Positions 1 through 10,210 are shown, counted from the first letter of the stretch. The stretch: 64,000 bases of DNA from Trueperaceae bacterium (GCA_034520945.1 JAXHNB010000002.1:192001-256000); one strand, 5' to 3'. Made by a program: numbers and translations. The notes: generated by a model not told the origin, from the sequence alone.

Positions 1-82
1 CTCCAAGACTGAGCCGTTCGAGCCCGCCCGCGCCCCGTTCGCCGTAGGGGGAGCGCGGGGTCGTGGCGTGAGAGAGCCTTCG

Positions 83-1594
83 ATGACCGATCATCACGTG
101 CGCGTACACCCCTCCCGCGACGCGCTCCCACGCGAAGAACAGCTCGCCTGGACGCTGGCCGAGGTCGCGACCGGCACCCACGACGTGCCCGCCGCCGTCC
201 GCGACATGGTGATCAACCGCGTGATCGACGACGCGGCGGTGGCGGTCGCGTCGCTGGAGCGCGCCCCGGTCGTGGCGGCGCGCCGGCAAGCTACCGCGCA
301 CCCGCGGCCCGGGGGCGCGACGGTGGTCGGGCTCGGCAACGAGCGGCGCGTGCATGCCGAGTGGGCGGCCTGGGCCAACGCCGTCGCCGTGCGCGAGCTG
401 GACTTTCACGACACCTTCCTGGCCGCCGACTACGCGCACCCCGGCGACAACATCCCGCCGTTGCTGGCGGTCGCGCAGCAGACCGGCTGCCGCGGACGGG
501 ACCTGCTGCGCGGCATCGTGGCCGCCTACGAGGTGCAGGTGGCGCTGGTGAAGGGCATCAGCCTGCACGCGCACAAGAAGGACCACATGGCCCACCTCTG
601 CCCCGCCACCGCGGCGGGCCTGGGCGCCATGCTGCACCTCCCGACCGCGCAGGTGTACCAGGCGATCCAGCAGGCGGTGCACGTCGCGTTCACCACGCGC
701 CAGTCCCGCAAAGGCGAGATCAGCAGCTGGAAGGCCTACGTGCCGGGTCACTCCGCCCTCCTCGCCATCACCGCGGTGGACCGGGCCATGCGGGGCGAGC
801 GGTCCCCCTCGCCGATCTACGAGGGCGAGGACAGCGTGCTGGCCTGGATGCTGGACGGCCCCGACGCACACTACGTGGTGCCGCTGCCGGATCCGGACGA
901 GCCGCGCACCGCCATCCTCGAGACCTACACCAAGGCGCACTCGGCGGAATACCAAGCGCAGGCGTTCATCGACCTGGCGTTCGAGATGCGCACCAAGCTC
1001 CCCAGCGACCCCGACGAGATCGAGGAGATCGTCATCCGCACCAGCCACCACACCCACACCGTGATCGGAACCGGCGCCCACGACCCGCAGAAGCTGGACC
1101 CGCACGCCAGCCGCGAAACGCTGGATCACAGCCTGATGTACATCGTGGCGGTGGCGCTGCAGGACGGACGGTGGCACCACGAGGACAGCTACGCCCGCGC
1201 GCGCGCCACGAAGCCCGACACGGTCGCCCTGTGGCACAAGATCCGCACCGAGGAGGACCCCTCGTGGACCGCGCGCTACCGCGATCCCGACCCCGGCGCG
1301 CGGGCGTTCGGCGGTACCATGACGGTCCGGCTGCGAGACGGGCGGGAGATCCACGGGGAACGCGCCGTGGCCGACGCGCACCCCAACGGCGCCGCGCCGT
1401 TCGCGCGCAGTGATTACCTCGCCAAGTTCCGCACCCTGGCGGCCGGCATCGTCCCTGACGAGGAGCAGGCGCGGTACCTGTCGTTGGTGGAGCGTCTGGA
1501 CGAGCTCACGCCCGAGGAGATCGAGGAACTCGACGTGCAGGCGCCCCGTGTCTCCGACGCTGCCTCGCATCGTGACGGGGGAGGCATCTTTTGA
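83..1594 (+). CDS. prpD: MmgE/PrpD family 2-methylcitrate dehydratase
   Basis: Motifs AVRELDFHDTFLAADYAHPGDN, GEISSWK, YTKAHSAEYQAQ, SRETLDHS; overlaps prpB. ATG 83 preferred over GTG 68. Confidence 0.9.
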   Translation: MTDHHVRVHPSRDALPREEQLAWTLAEVATGTHDVPAAVRDMVINRVIDDAAVAVASLERAPVVAARRQATAHPRPGGATVVGLGNERRVHAEWAAWANAVAVRELDFHDTFLAADYAHPGDNIPPLLAVAQQTGCRGRDLLRGIVAAYEVQVALVKGISLHAHKKDHMAHLCPATAAGLGAMLHLPTAQVYQAIQQAVHVAFTTRQSRKGEISSWKAYVPGHSALLAITAVDRAMRGERSPSPIYEGEDSVLAWMLDGPDAHYVVPLPDPDEPRTAILETYTKAHSAEYQAQAFIDLAFEMRTKLPSDPDEIEEIVIRTSHHTHTVIGTGAHDPQKLDPHASRETLDHSLMYIVAVALQDGRWHHEDSYARARATKPDTVALWHKIRTEEDPSWTARYRDPDPGARAFGGTMTVRLRDGREIHGERAVADAHPNGAAPFARSDYLAKFRTLAAGIVPDEEQARYLSLVERLDELTPEEIEELDVQAPRVSDAASHRDGGGIF

Positions 1595-2502
1595 TCCGCT
1601 TCGACGCCGCGTCGCCCCAGGACGCACGGCGCGCGCTGCGCGACGGTCTGGCGCGGTCCGGCCCGCCGCTGCGGTTCCCGGGCGCGTTCTCGCCGCTGGT
1701 GGCAAGGATCGTCGAGGAGGTCGGCTACGACGGCGTGTACGTCTCCGGCGGCGCGCTGGCGGCCGACCTGGGCATGCCCGACGTCGGCCTGACGACCCTG
1801 AGCGAGGTGGCGGACCGCGCGCACCGCATCGCCACCGCGACCTCGTTGCCGGTCATCGCCGACGTCGATACCGGCTTCGGTGAGGCGTTGAACGCCGCCC
1901 GCACCGTGCAGGAGCTGGAACGCCTCGGTGTCGCCGGTTGCCACCTGGAGGATCAGGAGAACCCCAAGCGCTGCGGCCACTTGGACCGCAAGCGCCTGGT
2001 CGCGCCCGACGCGATGGAACGCAAGCTCCGCGCCGCCGCCCAGGCCCGCCGCGACCACGACTTCGTGCTGATCGCCCGCACCGACGCGCGGGCGAGCGAG
2101 GGGTTGGACGCCGCCATCGAGCGCGCCCGCGCGTACGTCGGCGCCGGCGCCGACGTGGTCTTCCCCGAGGCGCTGCAGGACGAGGGCGAGTTTCGCGCCT
2201 TCCGGGCGGCGATCGACGCGCCCCTGATGGCCAACATGACCGAGTTCGGCAAGTCGCCGCTGTTGGACCTCGGCACCCTGCACGACCTCGGCTACGACCT
2301 GGTGATCTACCCCGTCACCACGCTGAGGCTGGCGATGCGGGCCGTCGAGGACGGCCTGCGCGCCATTCACGAGGAAGGGACGCAGGCGCGGCTGGTGCCG
2401 GAGATGCAGACGCGGACGCGGTTGTACGAACTGCTGCGCTACGAGGACCATGCCGCCTTCGACCAGGCCGTGTACGACTTTGCGCGGGACGGCGACGACT
2501 GA
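1591..2502 (+). CDS. prpB: methylisocitrate lyase
   Basis: ICL/PEP-mutase fold motifs DVDTGFG, EDQENPKRCGHL, IARTDA, ANMTEFGK; 4-nt overlap with prpD. Confidence 0.92.
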   Translation: MIRFDAASPQDARRALRDGLARSGPPLRFPGAFSPLVARIVEEVGYDGVYVSGGALAADLGMPDVGLTTLSEVADRAHRIATATSLPVIADVDTGFGEALNAARTVQELERLGVAGCHLEDQENPKRCGHLDRKRLVAPDAMERKLRAAAQARRDHDFVLIARTDARASEGLDAAIERARAYVGAGADVVFPEALQDEGEFRAFRAAIDAPLMANMTEFGKSPLLDLGTLHDLGYDLVIYPVTTLRLAMRAVEDGLRAIHEEGTQARLVPEMQTRTRLYELLRYEDHAAFDQAVYDFARDGDD

Positions 2503-2701
2503 GCCGCATCGGCGGGGCGCGTCGGTGCGCGCCGGCCAGGCGCGCGCCCTCCTACTGGGGCGGGTCGCCTTTCTGACGGACGCGCGCGGGGTGGAGGCGG
2601 GACGATGCCACCTGCACGCGGCCCGAAGGGGCCGCCGCGGGGCGCGGATCCGGGCACGAGCGGGCAACGCCGGCAAGGCTTCCCCGCCTGAGAGGAGCAT
2701 C

Positions 2702-4105
2702 ATGAGCGCGAACACGAACGCGAATCACGGAGAGGTCGAGCACTTCGACCACGTCCTGATCGGCACCGGACAGGCGGCCGGCACCCTGGTCGGCGCGCTG
2801 CCCAAGGACGAGACCATCGCGATCGTCGAAGGGGATCAGGTGGGCGGCACCTGCGTGAACGACGGCTGCACCCCCACCAAGACGTTGATCGCCAGCGCCA
2901 AGGTGGCCCATCAGGCCCGCCGTTCCGACACCTACGGCGTCACCACCGGAGCGGTCGAGATCGATTGGCCGGCGGTGCGGGCGCGCATGAACGAGCTTCG
3001 CCACGGCGGCCGCGACGGGCTGACCCGTTGGTTCGAAGGGGCGTCGCACATCACCCTGATCCGCGGCTGGGCCGCCTTCGAGGCGCCCAAGGTGCTGCGG
3101 GTGGGCGAGCGCCGCATCACGGGCGACCGGATCTACCTGAACGTCGGCGCACGCGCCCGCGTGCCCGACCTGCCGGGGCTGGACGAGGTGCCCTGGCTGG
3201 ACAACACGCGGATCCTGGACCTCGAGGAGGTGCCGCGGCACCTGCTGGTCGTGGGCGGTTCGTACGTGGGGCTGGAGTTCGCGCAGGCGTTTCGGCGTTT
3301 CGGCGCGGAGGTCACCGTGTTGGAGCGCGGTCCGCGCCTGATGTCCCGCGAGGACGAGGACATCGCCGAGACCGCGCGCGAGATCCTCGAGGGCGACGGC
3401 ATCGAGGTGCTGTGCGACGCGGAGGTGCGCCGCGTGCGCGCCGGCAGCGACGGTCCGGAACTCGAGGTGGCCCACGGCGACACCGAGCGGGTCGTCGCCG
3501 GTTCGCACCTGTTGTTGGCTGTCGGGCGCGTGCCGAACTCTGATCGGTTGAACCTGCAGGCGGCCGGCATCGAAACCGATGCGCGGGGCTACATCCAGGT
3601 CGACGAACAACTGCGCACCACCGCCGACGGCGTGTTCGCCGTGGGCGACGTGAACGGGCAGGGCGCCTTCACGCACACCGCCGTCAACGACGCCGAGATC
3701 GTTCTCGACGAGCAGCGCGGCGGGCCCCGGCGCCTGTCCGACCGCACGCAGGTGTACGCCATGTTCATCGACCCGCCCCTCGGCCGGGCGGGCCTGAGTC
3801 GCCGCGAAGCGATCGCGCGCGGCCACCGCGTGCTCGAGGCGACGCGGCCGATGGCCAAGATCTCGCGCGCCAAGGAGATGGCCGAGACGAAGGGCATGGT
3901 CAAGATCCTGGTCGACGCCGACACCGAACGGATCCTCGGCGCGGCGGTGCTTGGCGTGTACGGCGACGAGTTGGCCAACACCTTCGCGCTGTTCATGCAG
4001 ACCGGGGCATCGTGGAAGGAGTTCCGGCGGACGGTGCTGGTCCACCCCACCATCGGCGAACTGATGCCCTGGATCCTGGACGGGCTGGCGCCGGTCGACG
4101 CCTGA
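2702..4105 (+). CDS. FAD-dependent pyridine nucleotide-disulfide oxidoreductase (MerA/Lpd-like family)
   Basis: IGTGQA, redox-active GGTCVNDGCTPTK, GGSYVGLE, C-terminal HPT; RBS AGGAG before ATG 2702; no C-terminal Cys-Cys pair. Confidence 0.88.
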   Translation: MSANTNANHGEVEHFDHVLIGTGQAAGTLVGALPKDETIAIVEGDQVGGTCVNDGCTPTKTLIASAKVAHQARRSDTYGVTTGAVEIDWPAVRARMNELRHGGRDGLTRWFEGASHITLIRGWAAFEAPKVLRVGERRITGDRIYLNVGARARVPDLPGLDEVPWLDNTRILDLEEVPRHLLVVGGSYVGLEFAQAFRRFGAEVTVLERGPRLMSREDEDIAETAREILEGDGIEVLCDAEVRRVRAGSDGPELEVAHGDTERVVAGSHLLLAVGRVPNSDRLNLQAAGIETDARGYIQVDEQLRTTADGVFAVGDVNGQGAFTHTAVNDAEIVLDEQRGGPRRLSDRTQVYAMFIDPPLGRAGLSRREAIARGHRVLEATRPMAKISRAKEMAETKGMVKILVDADTERILGAAVLGVYGDELANTFALFMQTGASWKEFRRTVLVHPTIGELMPWILDGLAPVDA

Positions 4106-4144
4106 TCGCGCCGCCGCGCGCCCATCCGTGCGCGCCAAGGGAAA

Positions 4145-4178
4145 CGGCCGCTGCGCGGCACGTGCCGCGCAGCGGCCG
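4145..4178. terminator. 34-bp perfect palindrome between convergent genes (likely bidirectional terminator hairpin)
   Basis: CGGCCGCTGCGCGGCACGTGCCGCGCAGCGGCCG is its own reverse complement; lies between the stops at 4105 (+) and 4187 (-). Confidence 0.7.
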
Positions 4179-4186
4179 ACCTTGCG

Positions 4187-5125
4187 TCATGCGCCCGCAT
4201 CGCGCATCGGTCCGCCGGTGCCCTCCTCGGGCGCTGATGGGCCGTTCGCGTCGTCGTCCGCGTCGTCCCCCTGCCCCCCGTCGGTTCCACGGCCGTCGTC
4301 GCGCGGCCGGTCGTGCAGCGTGACGTGCGGGAAGGGGATCACGATCCCCTCGCGGTCGAACGCCTCTTTCACCTGCTGGTGAATCTGGTTGCGGACCTCG
4401 AGGTAGTTGTCGCGGGCGGCCCAGACGCTGAACTGCACGTCGATCGAGGAGGCGCCGTACCCCTGCGCGATGATCAACGGCGCGGGCTCCTCCAGCGCCA
4501 GCGGATTGCGGTCGGCGACCTCCATCAGGATCCGCTTCACCAACGTCAGGTCCGTGTCGTACGCCACCCCGACCGGCAGGTCGTAGCGGCGGATCGGGTA
4601 GCGACCGACGTTGGTGACCTCGGAACGCACCATCGTTTCGTTGGGGATTCTGACCAGCAGGTTGTCGAAGGTGCGCAGCCGTGTCGACAACAGGTCGATC
4701 GACCGCACTTCGCCGGTAATGCCGCTCACCTTGATCACGTCGCCGATCTCGACCGAACGTTCCAGGCCCAGGAACAGGCCGCTGATCATGTTGGATGCGC
4801 TGGTCTGCGACGCGAAGGCGACGGCGGCGGTCAGGATGCCGGCCGCGCCCAGGATGACGGTGAAGTCGAATCCCAGCTGCCGCAACGCCGAGACGGTGAA
4901 CAGCCCCAGCACCACGTAGCGGGCGGTGCGCACCATCAACACGCGACTTTGCGCGCGCCGCCCCCGCATCAGGTGCCCCACCATGCGCCGCGACAGGCCC
5001 GCCAGCACCAGGCCGGCCACGAACAAGGCGACGGCCCGCACCGCCGGCCCCAGCCGGGCGGGCTCGGCCAGGGCGCCCCCGATCCAGCCGAGGGCGTCGC
5101 CCACGGGTGCCAGCAGCTCCGTCAC
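4187..5125 (-). CDS. small-conductance mechanosensitive channel (MscS family)
   Basis: TM helices then GAAGILTAAVAFASQTSASNMISG, GDVIKV...GEVRSIDLLST, IVIPFP; GGAGG RBS before GTG 5125, GTGA overlap with upstream gene. Confidence 0.9.
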   Translation of the reverse strand: MTELLAPVGDALGWIGGALAEPARLGPAVRAVALFVAGLVLAGLSRRMVGHLMRGRRAQSRVLMVRTARYVVLGLFTVSALRQLGFDFTVILGAAGILTAAVAFASQTSASNMISGLFLGLERSVEIGDVIKVSGITGEVRSIDLLSTRLRTFDNLLVRIPNETMVRSEVTNVGRYPIRRYDLPVGVAYDTDLTLVKRILMEVADRNPLALEEPAPLIIAQGYGASSIDVQFSVWAARDNYLEVRNQIHQQVKEAFDREGIVIPFPHVTLHDRPRDDGRGTDGGQGDDADDDANGPSAPEEGTGGPMRDAGA

Positions 5126-5943
5126 GACGACCTCCAAGCCAGCAGCTGGCTGAACGTTCGCAATGTCAGCAGGCCCTCGGACCGCCGCCTGGGCTCCGCG
5201 ATGCGCCGCGCGTTCCCGGCCATGCGCGGCGGTTCCTTGTCGATGCGGACGTCGGCCACGTCCCCCGAGGCGCCGCGGACCAGGGTCACGCGCGGTGTCC
5301 ACAGACCCCGGTCGGTGGCGTAGAGCGGGAGCAGGTCGACGGGCACCTTGAGTCGCTCGACGGGCAGCGGGACGCCGGCGGATTCCTCGATCCGTATGGG
5401 TGTGACGGCGCGGTGCGGTCGCATGGGAAGCGCCTCCAGGTCGGTACGCCCCGTCGTGCGCGAGGCGTAGCACAACTCGCCGTCGACGGTGTCGGGGCCG
5501 AACCAGGTGTCGGACGGTCGGTAGCAGGGCATTTCGCGCAGGGCGTGGCGCGGATCGAGGGTGGTGACGCTCGCCCACAGCGGCGTGCTGACGTAGAGTT
5601 GCGTGCTCTCGTTCGCCGCGACGACCACGCCCTCGGCCGGCCTGACGATCATCGGCCGGTCCGCCAGCCGCGGCTCCAACGCCACGCGTGGCGGCGCCTG
5701 GGCGAAGGCGTACCGCATCGCCGTCGCTTCGCCCCGCGTGGACGCCTCATTGCGGGACTCCGGCGCGGCCACCTCCAGGGTGTCGTCCAAGGGATCGTCG
5801 CCCCCCTGATGCCACACGCGCCATTCGCGGGCGTGCCGCTCGGCATGCACGGTGATGGGCCCGATACGCCAGCGACGCACCTCGCCGATCTCGAACCGGC
5901 ACGGTTCCCACCAGGGGCGCGCGAGGGACGGGCGTGAAGGCAC
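5122..5943 (-). CDS. DUF432-like hypothetical protein coupled to mscS
   Basis: PRLADRPMIVRP, LYVSTP, TWFGPDTVDGELCY pattern recalled from DUF432 proteins next to mscS; start uncertain. Confidence 0.65.
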   Translation of the reverse strand: MPSRPSLARPWWEPCRFEIGEVRRWRIGPITVHAERHAREWRVWHQGGDDPLDDTLEVAAPESRNEASTRGEATAMRYAFAQAPPRVALEPRLADRPMIVRPAEGVVVAANESTQLYVSTPLWASVTTLDPRHALREMPCYRPSDTWFGPDTVDGELCYASRTTGRTDLEALPMRPHRAVTPIRIEESAGVPLPVERLKVPVDLLPLYATDRGLWTPRVTLVRGASGDVADVRIDKEPPRMAGNARRIAEPRRRSEGLLTLRTFSQLLAWRSS

Positions 5944-6002
5944 GCCACAGTGTACGTGCTCGGCGGCGGGGTGGCGCCAGCCGGCCGTGCAGCCGCGCGG
6001 GC

Positions 6003-7190
6003 TCAGGCCTGCATCGTGAACAGACGGGCCGCCCATCGCGCCGTCGGGGAGCGGAGCAGGCCGCGTACCGCCGCTTCACGCGCCCACGGGACGGGCGTCG
6101 GTCGGCCCAGCCGCATGTTCCAGGCGGCCCGGCGGGCGGCGCGCCGCGCCGCGGCGCGTTGACGGTGGTCGTACGCTCGTTCCGCCTCGGCCCAGTCGAG
6201 CTCGCCGCGGAGCGCCGCCCGCACCCCGCGTGCCGCCCGCGCAGCGCCTAGGAGGCCGAGGTTCATGCCCTGCCCGCCGATGGGGCTGACCACGTGGGCG
6301 GCGTCCCCGCACAGCCACAACTGACCTTCGGCCAACCGCGTCGCCAGGCGACGTTCCGTGCCGAACGCCGAGGTGTGGACGGCCCCTCGCACCGTAAGGT
6401 GAACGCCGGTCCGCTCCGCCACCATGCGCGCCAGCTGGTTCGGGTCGGCCTCGGCCGGCGGCCGGTCGGTTCGCGCCACCCAGCGGCGCCTGCCGGCCGG
6501 CAGCGGGAACGACTCCACCACCCCGTCCCGCGCCAGGAAGATGGCGGCGTCGTCGCCCAGTACGCCATCGTCCGGAACGTCCGCCATCAGGTAGTGGTCG
6601 CGGTAGCGGCCGCCCCGCACCGGTACGCCCAACCAGGCGGCGCTTTGGCCACGCCCGCCGTCGCACGCCACCGCCACGCGCGCGTGCAGCGGGTCGGGCG
6701 GCGCGACGCCGTCCACGGCCTCGGTCGACAGCGTCACGCCCGACGCGCCTCGACGGACGTCGGTGACCCGAACCCCGCGGCGGAGGGCGGCCGGCGCGGC
6801 GGCGCACAGGCGGGCGGCCAGCACCTCTTCGGTGACGCGCTGCGGGACGCTCAGCACGTACGGGAACGGGGCCGGCAATACGGCGTCCAGCGACAGGACC
6901 CCCAGCGGGCGGGGCCCGGCCGGGCCGAGCGCGCCGTACGCCCGGCCGCGGACGATGGCCACGCCGCGCGCCGCCAGAGGCTCCGCGGCCCCGACCTCCG
7001 CCAACGCCGCCAGGCCGGGGGGATGAAGGCCGATCGCGCGGGAGTGCCGGGCCGGCGCGCGCCGCGCCTCCAGCACCGCCACGCGCACCCCCGCCTGCGC
7101 CAAGTGCGTCGCCAGGTACAGGCCCACCGGGCCGGCGCCGATGATCGCCACCTCGACCGGGTCCGGCGGGGGGCCCGTGTGCCCCGTCAC
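6003..7190 (-). CDS. FAD-dependent monooxygenase (UbiH/PheA-like)
   Basis: IIGAGPVG, VACDG, GDAAHVVSPIGGQGMNLG; GTGA overlap with methyltransferase. Confidence 0.9.
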   Translation of the reverse strand: MTGHTGPPPDPVEVAIIGAGPVGLYLATHLAQAGVRVAVLEARRAPARHSRAIGLHPPGLAALAEVGAAEPLAARGVAIVRGRAYGALGPAGPRPLGVLSLDAVLPAPFPYVLSVPQRVTEEVLAARLCAAAPAALRRGVRVTDVRRGASGVTLSTEAVDGVAPPDPLHARVAVACDGGRGQSAAWLGVPVRGGRYRDHYLMADVPDDGVLGDDAAIFLARDGVVESFPLPAGRRRWVARTDRPPAEADPNQLARMVAERTGVHLTVRGAVHTSAFGTERRLATRLAEGQLWLCGDAAHVVSPIGGQGMNLGLLGAARAARGVRAALRGELDWAEAERAYDHRQRAAARRAARRAAWNMRLGRPTPVPWAREAAVRGLLRSPTARWAARLFTMQA

Positions 7191-7915
7191 GGCCGCGCTC
7201 GCAGCACGACCCACTGCCGGAACGGCCCGAGGGGCTCCACCCGCCAGCGGGCCGGCGCGCGGAGGCGCACCTCGGCCGGCGTGAAGGCGCGCCGGATGGA
7301 GCGGAACCCGTCCTCCCGCACGAACGAGCGTCGGAACGGCCACGAGATCAGCGCGAAGGCCGGGAGGGCCAGCGGGGTGCGCCGAAGGTCGGCGTGCAGA
7401 GCCAATCTTGTCGACAGGCGGCCGGTGGTCGTGAGGAAGGCGGCGACCGCCTCGTCCGGAAGGTGGTGCAGCACGTGGTTGGACACCACCAGGTCGTAGC
7501 GGTGACCTCGGGACGCCAACGTTTCTGCGTCGCCGGCCACGAACCGCACGTTCGGCGGCGAGGCGCGCTCCTGGGCGTACGCCAGCGCGCGCGGGTCCGG
7601 ATCCGCGCCGGTGATGCGGACCGGGAGGCCGTCGCGCGCCGCCCAGGCCGCCAGGCGGCGCGCCAAATCCCCACCGCCGCAGCCGACGTCCAGCAGGGTG
7701 GGCGTCCGGCCTTCGGCCTGGACGGCCTCGAGGGTCGGGCGGAGCCTCCGGGCGTAGGCGGCCCGCCACGCGCCCACGAGCTGGTTCACGACCGCGAACT
7801 GCGCGTAGGTGCGTTGGAGGCGCGCCGGGTCGCAGCGCGGGTCGTCCATCCGTTCCCGCAGGCGCTCCGCCCGCCGACGAAGCCACGGGTCCCCGGCGTG
7901 CGGGGGCGCGTTCAC
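7187..7915 (-). CDS. class I SAM-dependent methyltransferase
   Basis: ERMDDP, LLDVGCGGGD, VVSNHVLHHL, REDGFRSIRRAFT; GTGA overlap with PKS stop. Confidence 0.88.
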   Translation of the reverse strand: MNAPPHAGDPWLRRRAERLRERMDDPRCDPARLQRTYAQFAVVNQLVGAWRAAYARRLRPTLEAVQAEGRTPTLLDVGCGGGDLARRLAAWAARDGLPVRITGADPDPRALAYAQERASPPNVRFVAGDAETLASRGHRYDLVVSNHVLHHLPDEAVAAFLTTTGRLSTRLALHADLRRTPLALPAFALISWPFRRSFVREDGFRSIRRAFTPAEVRLRAPARWRVEPLGPFRQWVVLRARP

Positions 7916-9021
7916 GTGCGGCGCAATAGGCCCGACGCCACGGTCAGGCCGGGTCCGAACGCCAGGGCCAGCACCGGCTCGCCGCGCGGGCGTTCCTCGC
8001 GGAGCAGTTCTTGCAGGACGAACATCACCGTCGCGCTGGACATGTTGCCGTACGCGGCCAGGACCTGCCGGGAGGCGGTCAGCGCGTCGGCCGGCAGGCT
8101 GAGTTCCGCGTCGAGGCGATCCAGGATGGCGCGCCCGCCGGGATGCACCGCCCAGCGCGGCACCTCGTCCTGTGACACGCCGGCCTCCGCTAGGAGCGGA
8201 TCCAAGGCGGACGTGGCCTCGTCGGCCACGATGCCGGGAACGTAGCTCGACAGCACCATCTCGAATCCGTGATCGCCGAGCGTCCAAGCCATGTCGTCGT
8301 GCCCGCGGGGGGCGAGGCCGTCCGCGAAGCCGACCAGCTCGTAGGCCGGCCCCCGAGGGTCCCGGGCGCTGACCACCGCCGCCGCGCCGCCGTCGGCGAA
8401 CACGCTTGCGGCGATCATGGCGTCGTCCTCGCGGGTGGGCTGCAGGTGCAGCGTGCACAACTCGACCATGGCCACCAGCACCACCGCGTTCGGATCGGCG
8501 CGGCAGAACGCGCGCGCCATGCGCAGGGCGGGGAACGCCGCGTAGCACCCCATGAAGCCCAGGTGGTAGCGCTCGGTTCCCGGACCCAACCCCAGGTCCC
8601 GCACGATCTCCAGGTCGGGTCCCGGGGCGTAGAAGCCGGTGCATGACGCCGTGACGACGTGCGTGACGTCCGACGCGTCGAAGCCCTCGGCGCTCGCCAG
8701 CGCGCGCCGGGCCACCTCCGGGAACAAGTGCCCCGCCTCGCGCCGGTAGCGCGCGTTCCGCTCCGCCGTGCCGGGCGAGCGAAAGCGTCCGTCCGCGTCG
8801 AGGTAGAACCCGTGCCCCTCGCCTTTCGGGGGGCCGTCCGGCGCGAAGTCCTCGATCACGCTGTGACGGGTGCGGATGCCGGAGCGGCGGTAGATGCCGG
8901 CCAGCAGCCGCTCGGTGCGGCGTTCGCCCCCGATCCAGGAGCGCATCACCTGGTGCGCGTGCGTCTGCGAATAGGACGGCTCGGGCACGGCTGTCGCGAG
9001 GGCGTGAACGTACGGCGGCAT
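7912..9021 (-). CDS. type III polyketide synthase (chalcone synthase-like)
   Basis: Catalytic triad motifs MGCYA (Cys), HPGG (His), GNMSS (Asn); SCTG, FGPG. Confidence 0.95.
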   Translation of the reverse strand: MPPYVHALATAVPEPSYSQTHAHQVMRSWIGGERRTERLLAGIYRRSGIRTRHSVIEDFAPDGPPKGEGHGFYLDADGRFRSPGTAERNARYRREAGHLFPEVARRALASAEGFDASDVTHVVTASCTGFYAPGPDLEIVRDLGLGPGTERYHLGFMGCYAAFPALRMARAFCRADPNAVVLVAMVELCTLHLQPTREDDAMIAASVFADGGAAAVVSARDPRGPAYELVGFADGLAPRGHDDMAWTLGDHGFEMVLSSYVPGIVADEATSALDPLLAEAGVSQDEVPRWAVHPGGRAILDRLDAELSLPADALTASRQVLAAYGNMSSATVMFVLQELLREERPRGEPVLALAFGPGLTVASGLLRRT

Positions 9022-9097
9022 GTGGGCACCATATCCGGCGGCGTGCGTGGCGCACGTGGGCCGGCAGGCAGGGCCGCCGGCTGCGGTAGCGTCGGGC

Positions 9098-10210
9098 GTG
9101 CCGAGCGTTCAGGTACATGCCACGACGTTCGATCGGACCCGCGGGGGCGCGCCCGTGACCCGCCACCACGTGCGGGCGGACGACGGGTCCGGCTTCGCCG
9201 TGCTGGATTTCGGTGGGGCGATCACCGAGGTGCGTGTGCCCGACCGTTGGGGCCGCATGCGCGACGTGACCCTCGGCTGGCCGGACGCGGCCGGCTACGA
9301 ACGCAACGACGCCTACCTGGGCGTGGTGATCGGCCGGTGCGCCAACCGCGTGGCGGGCGGCGAACTGCCCGTGGGTGGCCGCACCCACGCCCTGCCCCGC
9401 AACGAGGGCAGGCACCACCTCCACGGCGGGCCCGGCGGGTTCCACGTGCGGACCTGGGGCGTGCGACCCGTCGGCACGGCCGCCGGTCCCCGCGAGGAGG
9501 CGGACGGGACCGACCGGGACGAAGGCGGCGTGGAGCTCTGGCGCATCAGCCCGGCGGGGGAGGAGGGGTACCCCGGCAGGCTGGAGGTGCGGGTGCGCAT
9601 GACGTGGTCCCTGGCGCACGCGTTGCGGATCGTGTTCCACGCCACCGCCGACGCGCCGACCGTGGTGAACCTCACCCAGCACCCCTACTGGAACCTGGCC
9701 GGCAGCGGCACCATCCTGGACCACGACCTCACCGTGCACGCCGACGCCTACACCCCGGTGGACGCGGACGGCATTCCCACCGGCCAGATCGCACCGGTGA
9801 CGGGCACGCCGTTCGACCTGCGCGCGGGCGGCCGACTGACCCGCGTGGTGACGGCCGACGATCCCGCCATCCGCGCCGCAGGCGGCCTGGACCACAACTA
9901 CGTGCTTCGCCCCGCCGATCCGGGCGTGGCGGGCTGCACGGCGGCCGCGACGCTGTCGGACCCACGGTCGGGCCGCCGGCTGCAGGTCCGGACCACCGCG
10001 CCGGGCCTGCAGGCGTACAGCGGCAACGGCCTGGGGGGCGGCCGCGCCGGGCACGCCGGTCGGCCGTACGCGCGGCACGGCGGCATCGCACTCGAGGCGC
10101 AAGGGTTCCCCGACGCCCCGCACCATCCGTACTTCCCCTCCTGGGCGGTGACGCCCGAGGCGCCGTTTCGGCGCGAGGTCGTGTACGCGTTCGGGGCCGA
10201 CGCTCGCTGA
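9098..10210 (+). CDS. galM: aldose 1-epimerase (galactose mutarotase)
   Basis: GRCANR, HLHGG, GYPG, NLTQHPYWNL, GLDHNY, ALEAQ; start inferred from TAGCGT -10 box. Confidence 0.9.
   Translation: MPSVQVHATTFDRTRGGAPVTRHHVRADDGSGFAVLDFGGAITEVRVPDRWGRMRDVTLGWPDAAGYERNDAYLGVVIGRCANRVAGGELPVGGRTHALPRNEGRHHLHGGPGGFHVRTWGVRPVGTAAGPREEADGTDRDEGGVELWRISPAGEEGYPGRLEVRVRMTWSLAHALRIVFHATADAPTVVNLTQHPYWNLAGSGTILDHDLTVHADAYTPVDADGIPTGQIAPVTGTPFDLRAGGRLTRVVTADDPAIRAAGGLDHNYVLRPADPGVAGCTAAATLSDPRSGRRLQVRTTAPGLQAYSGNGLGGGRAGHAGRPYARHGGIALEAQGFPDAPHHPYFPSWAVTPEAPFRREVVYAFGADAR

Noticed and set aside
83..2502. Missing prpC as an anomaly
   Set aside because: The operon abuts the window edge; prpC may lie upstream or elsewhere.
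2702..4105. Mercuric reductase merA
   Set aside because: No C-terminal Cys-Cys, no NmerA domain and no mer operon context.
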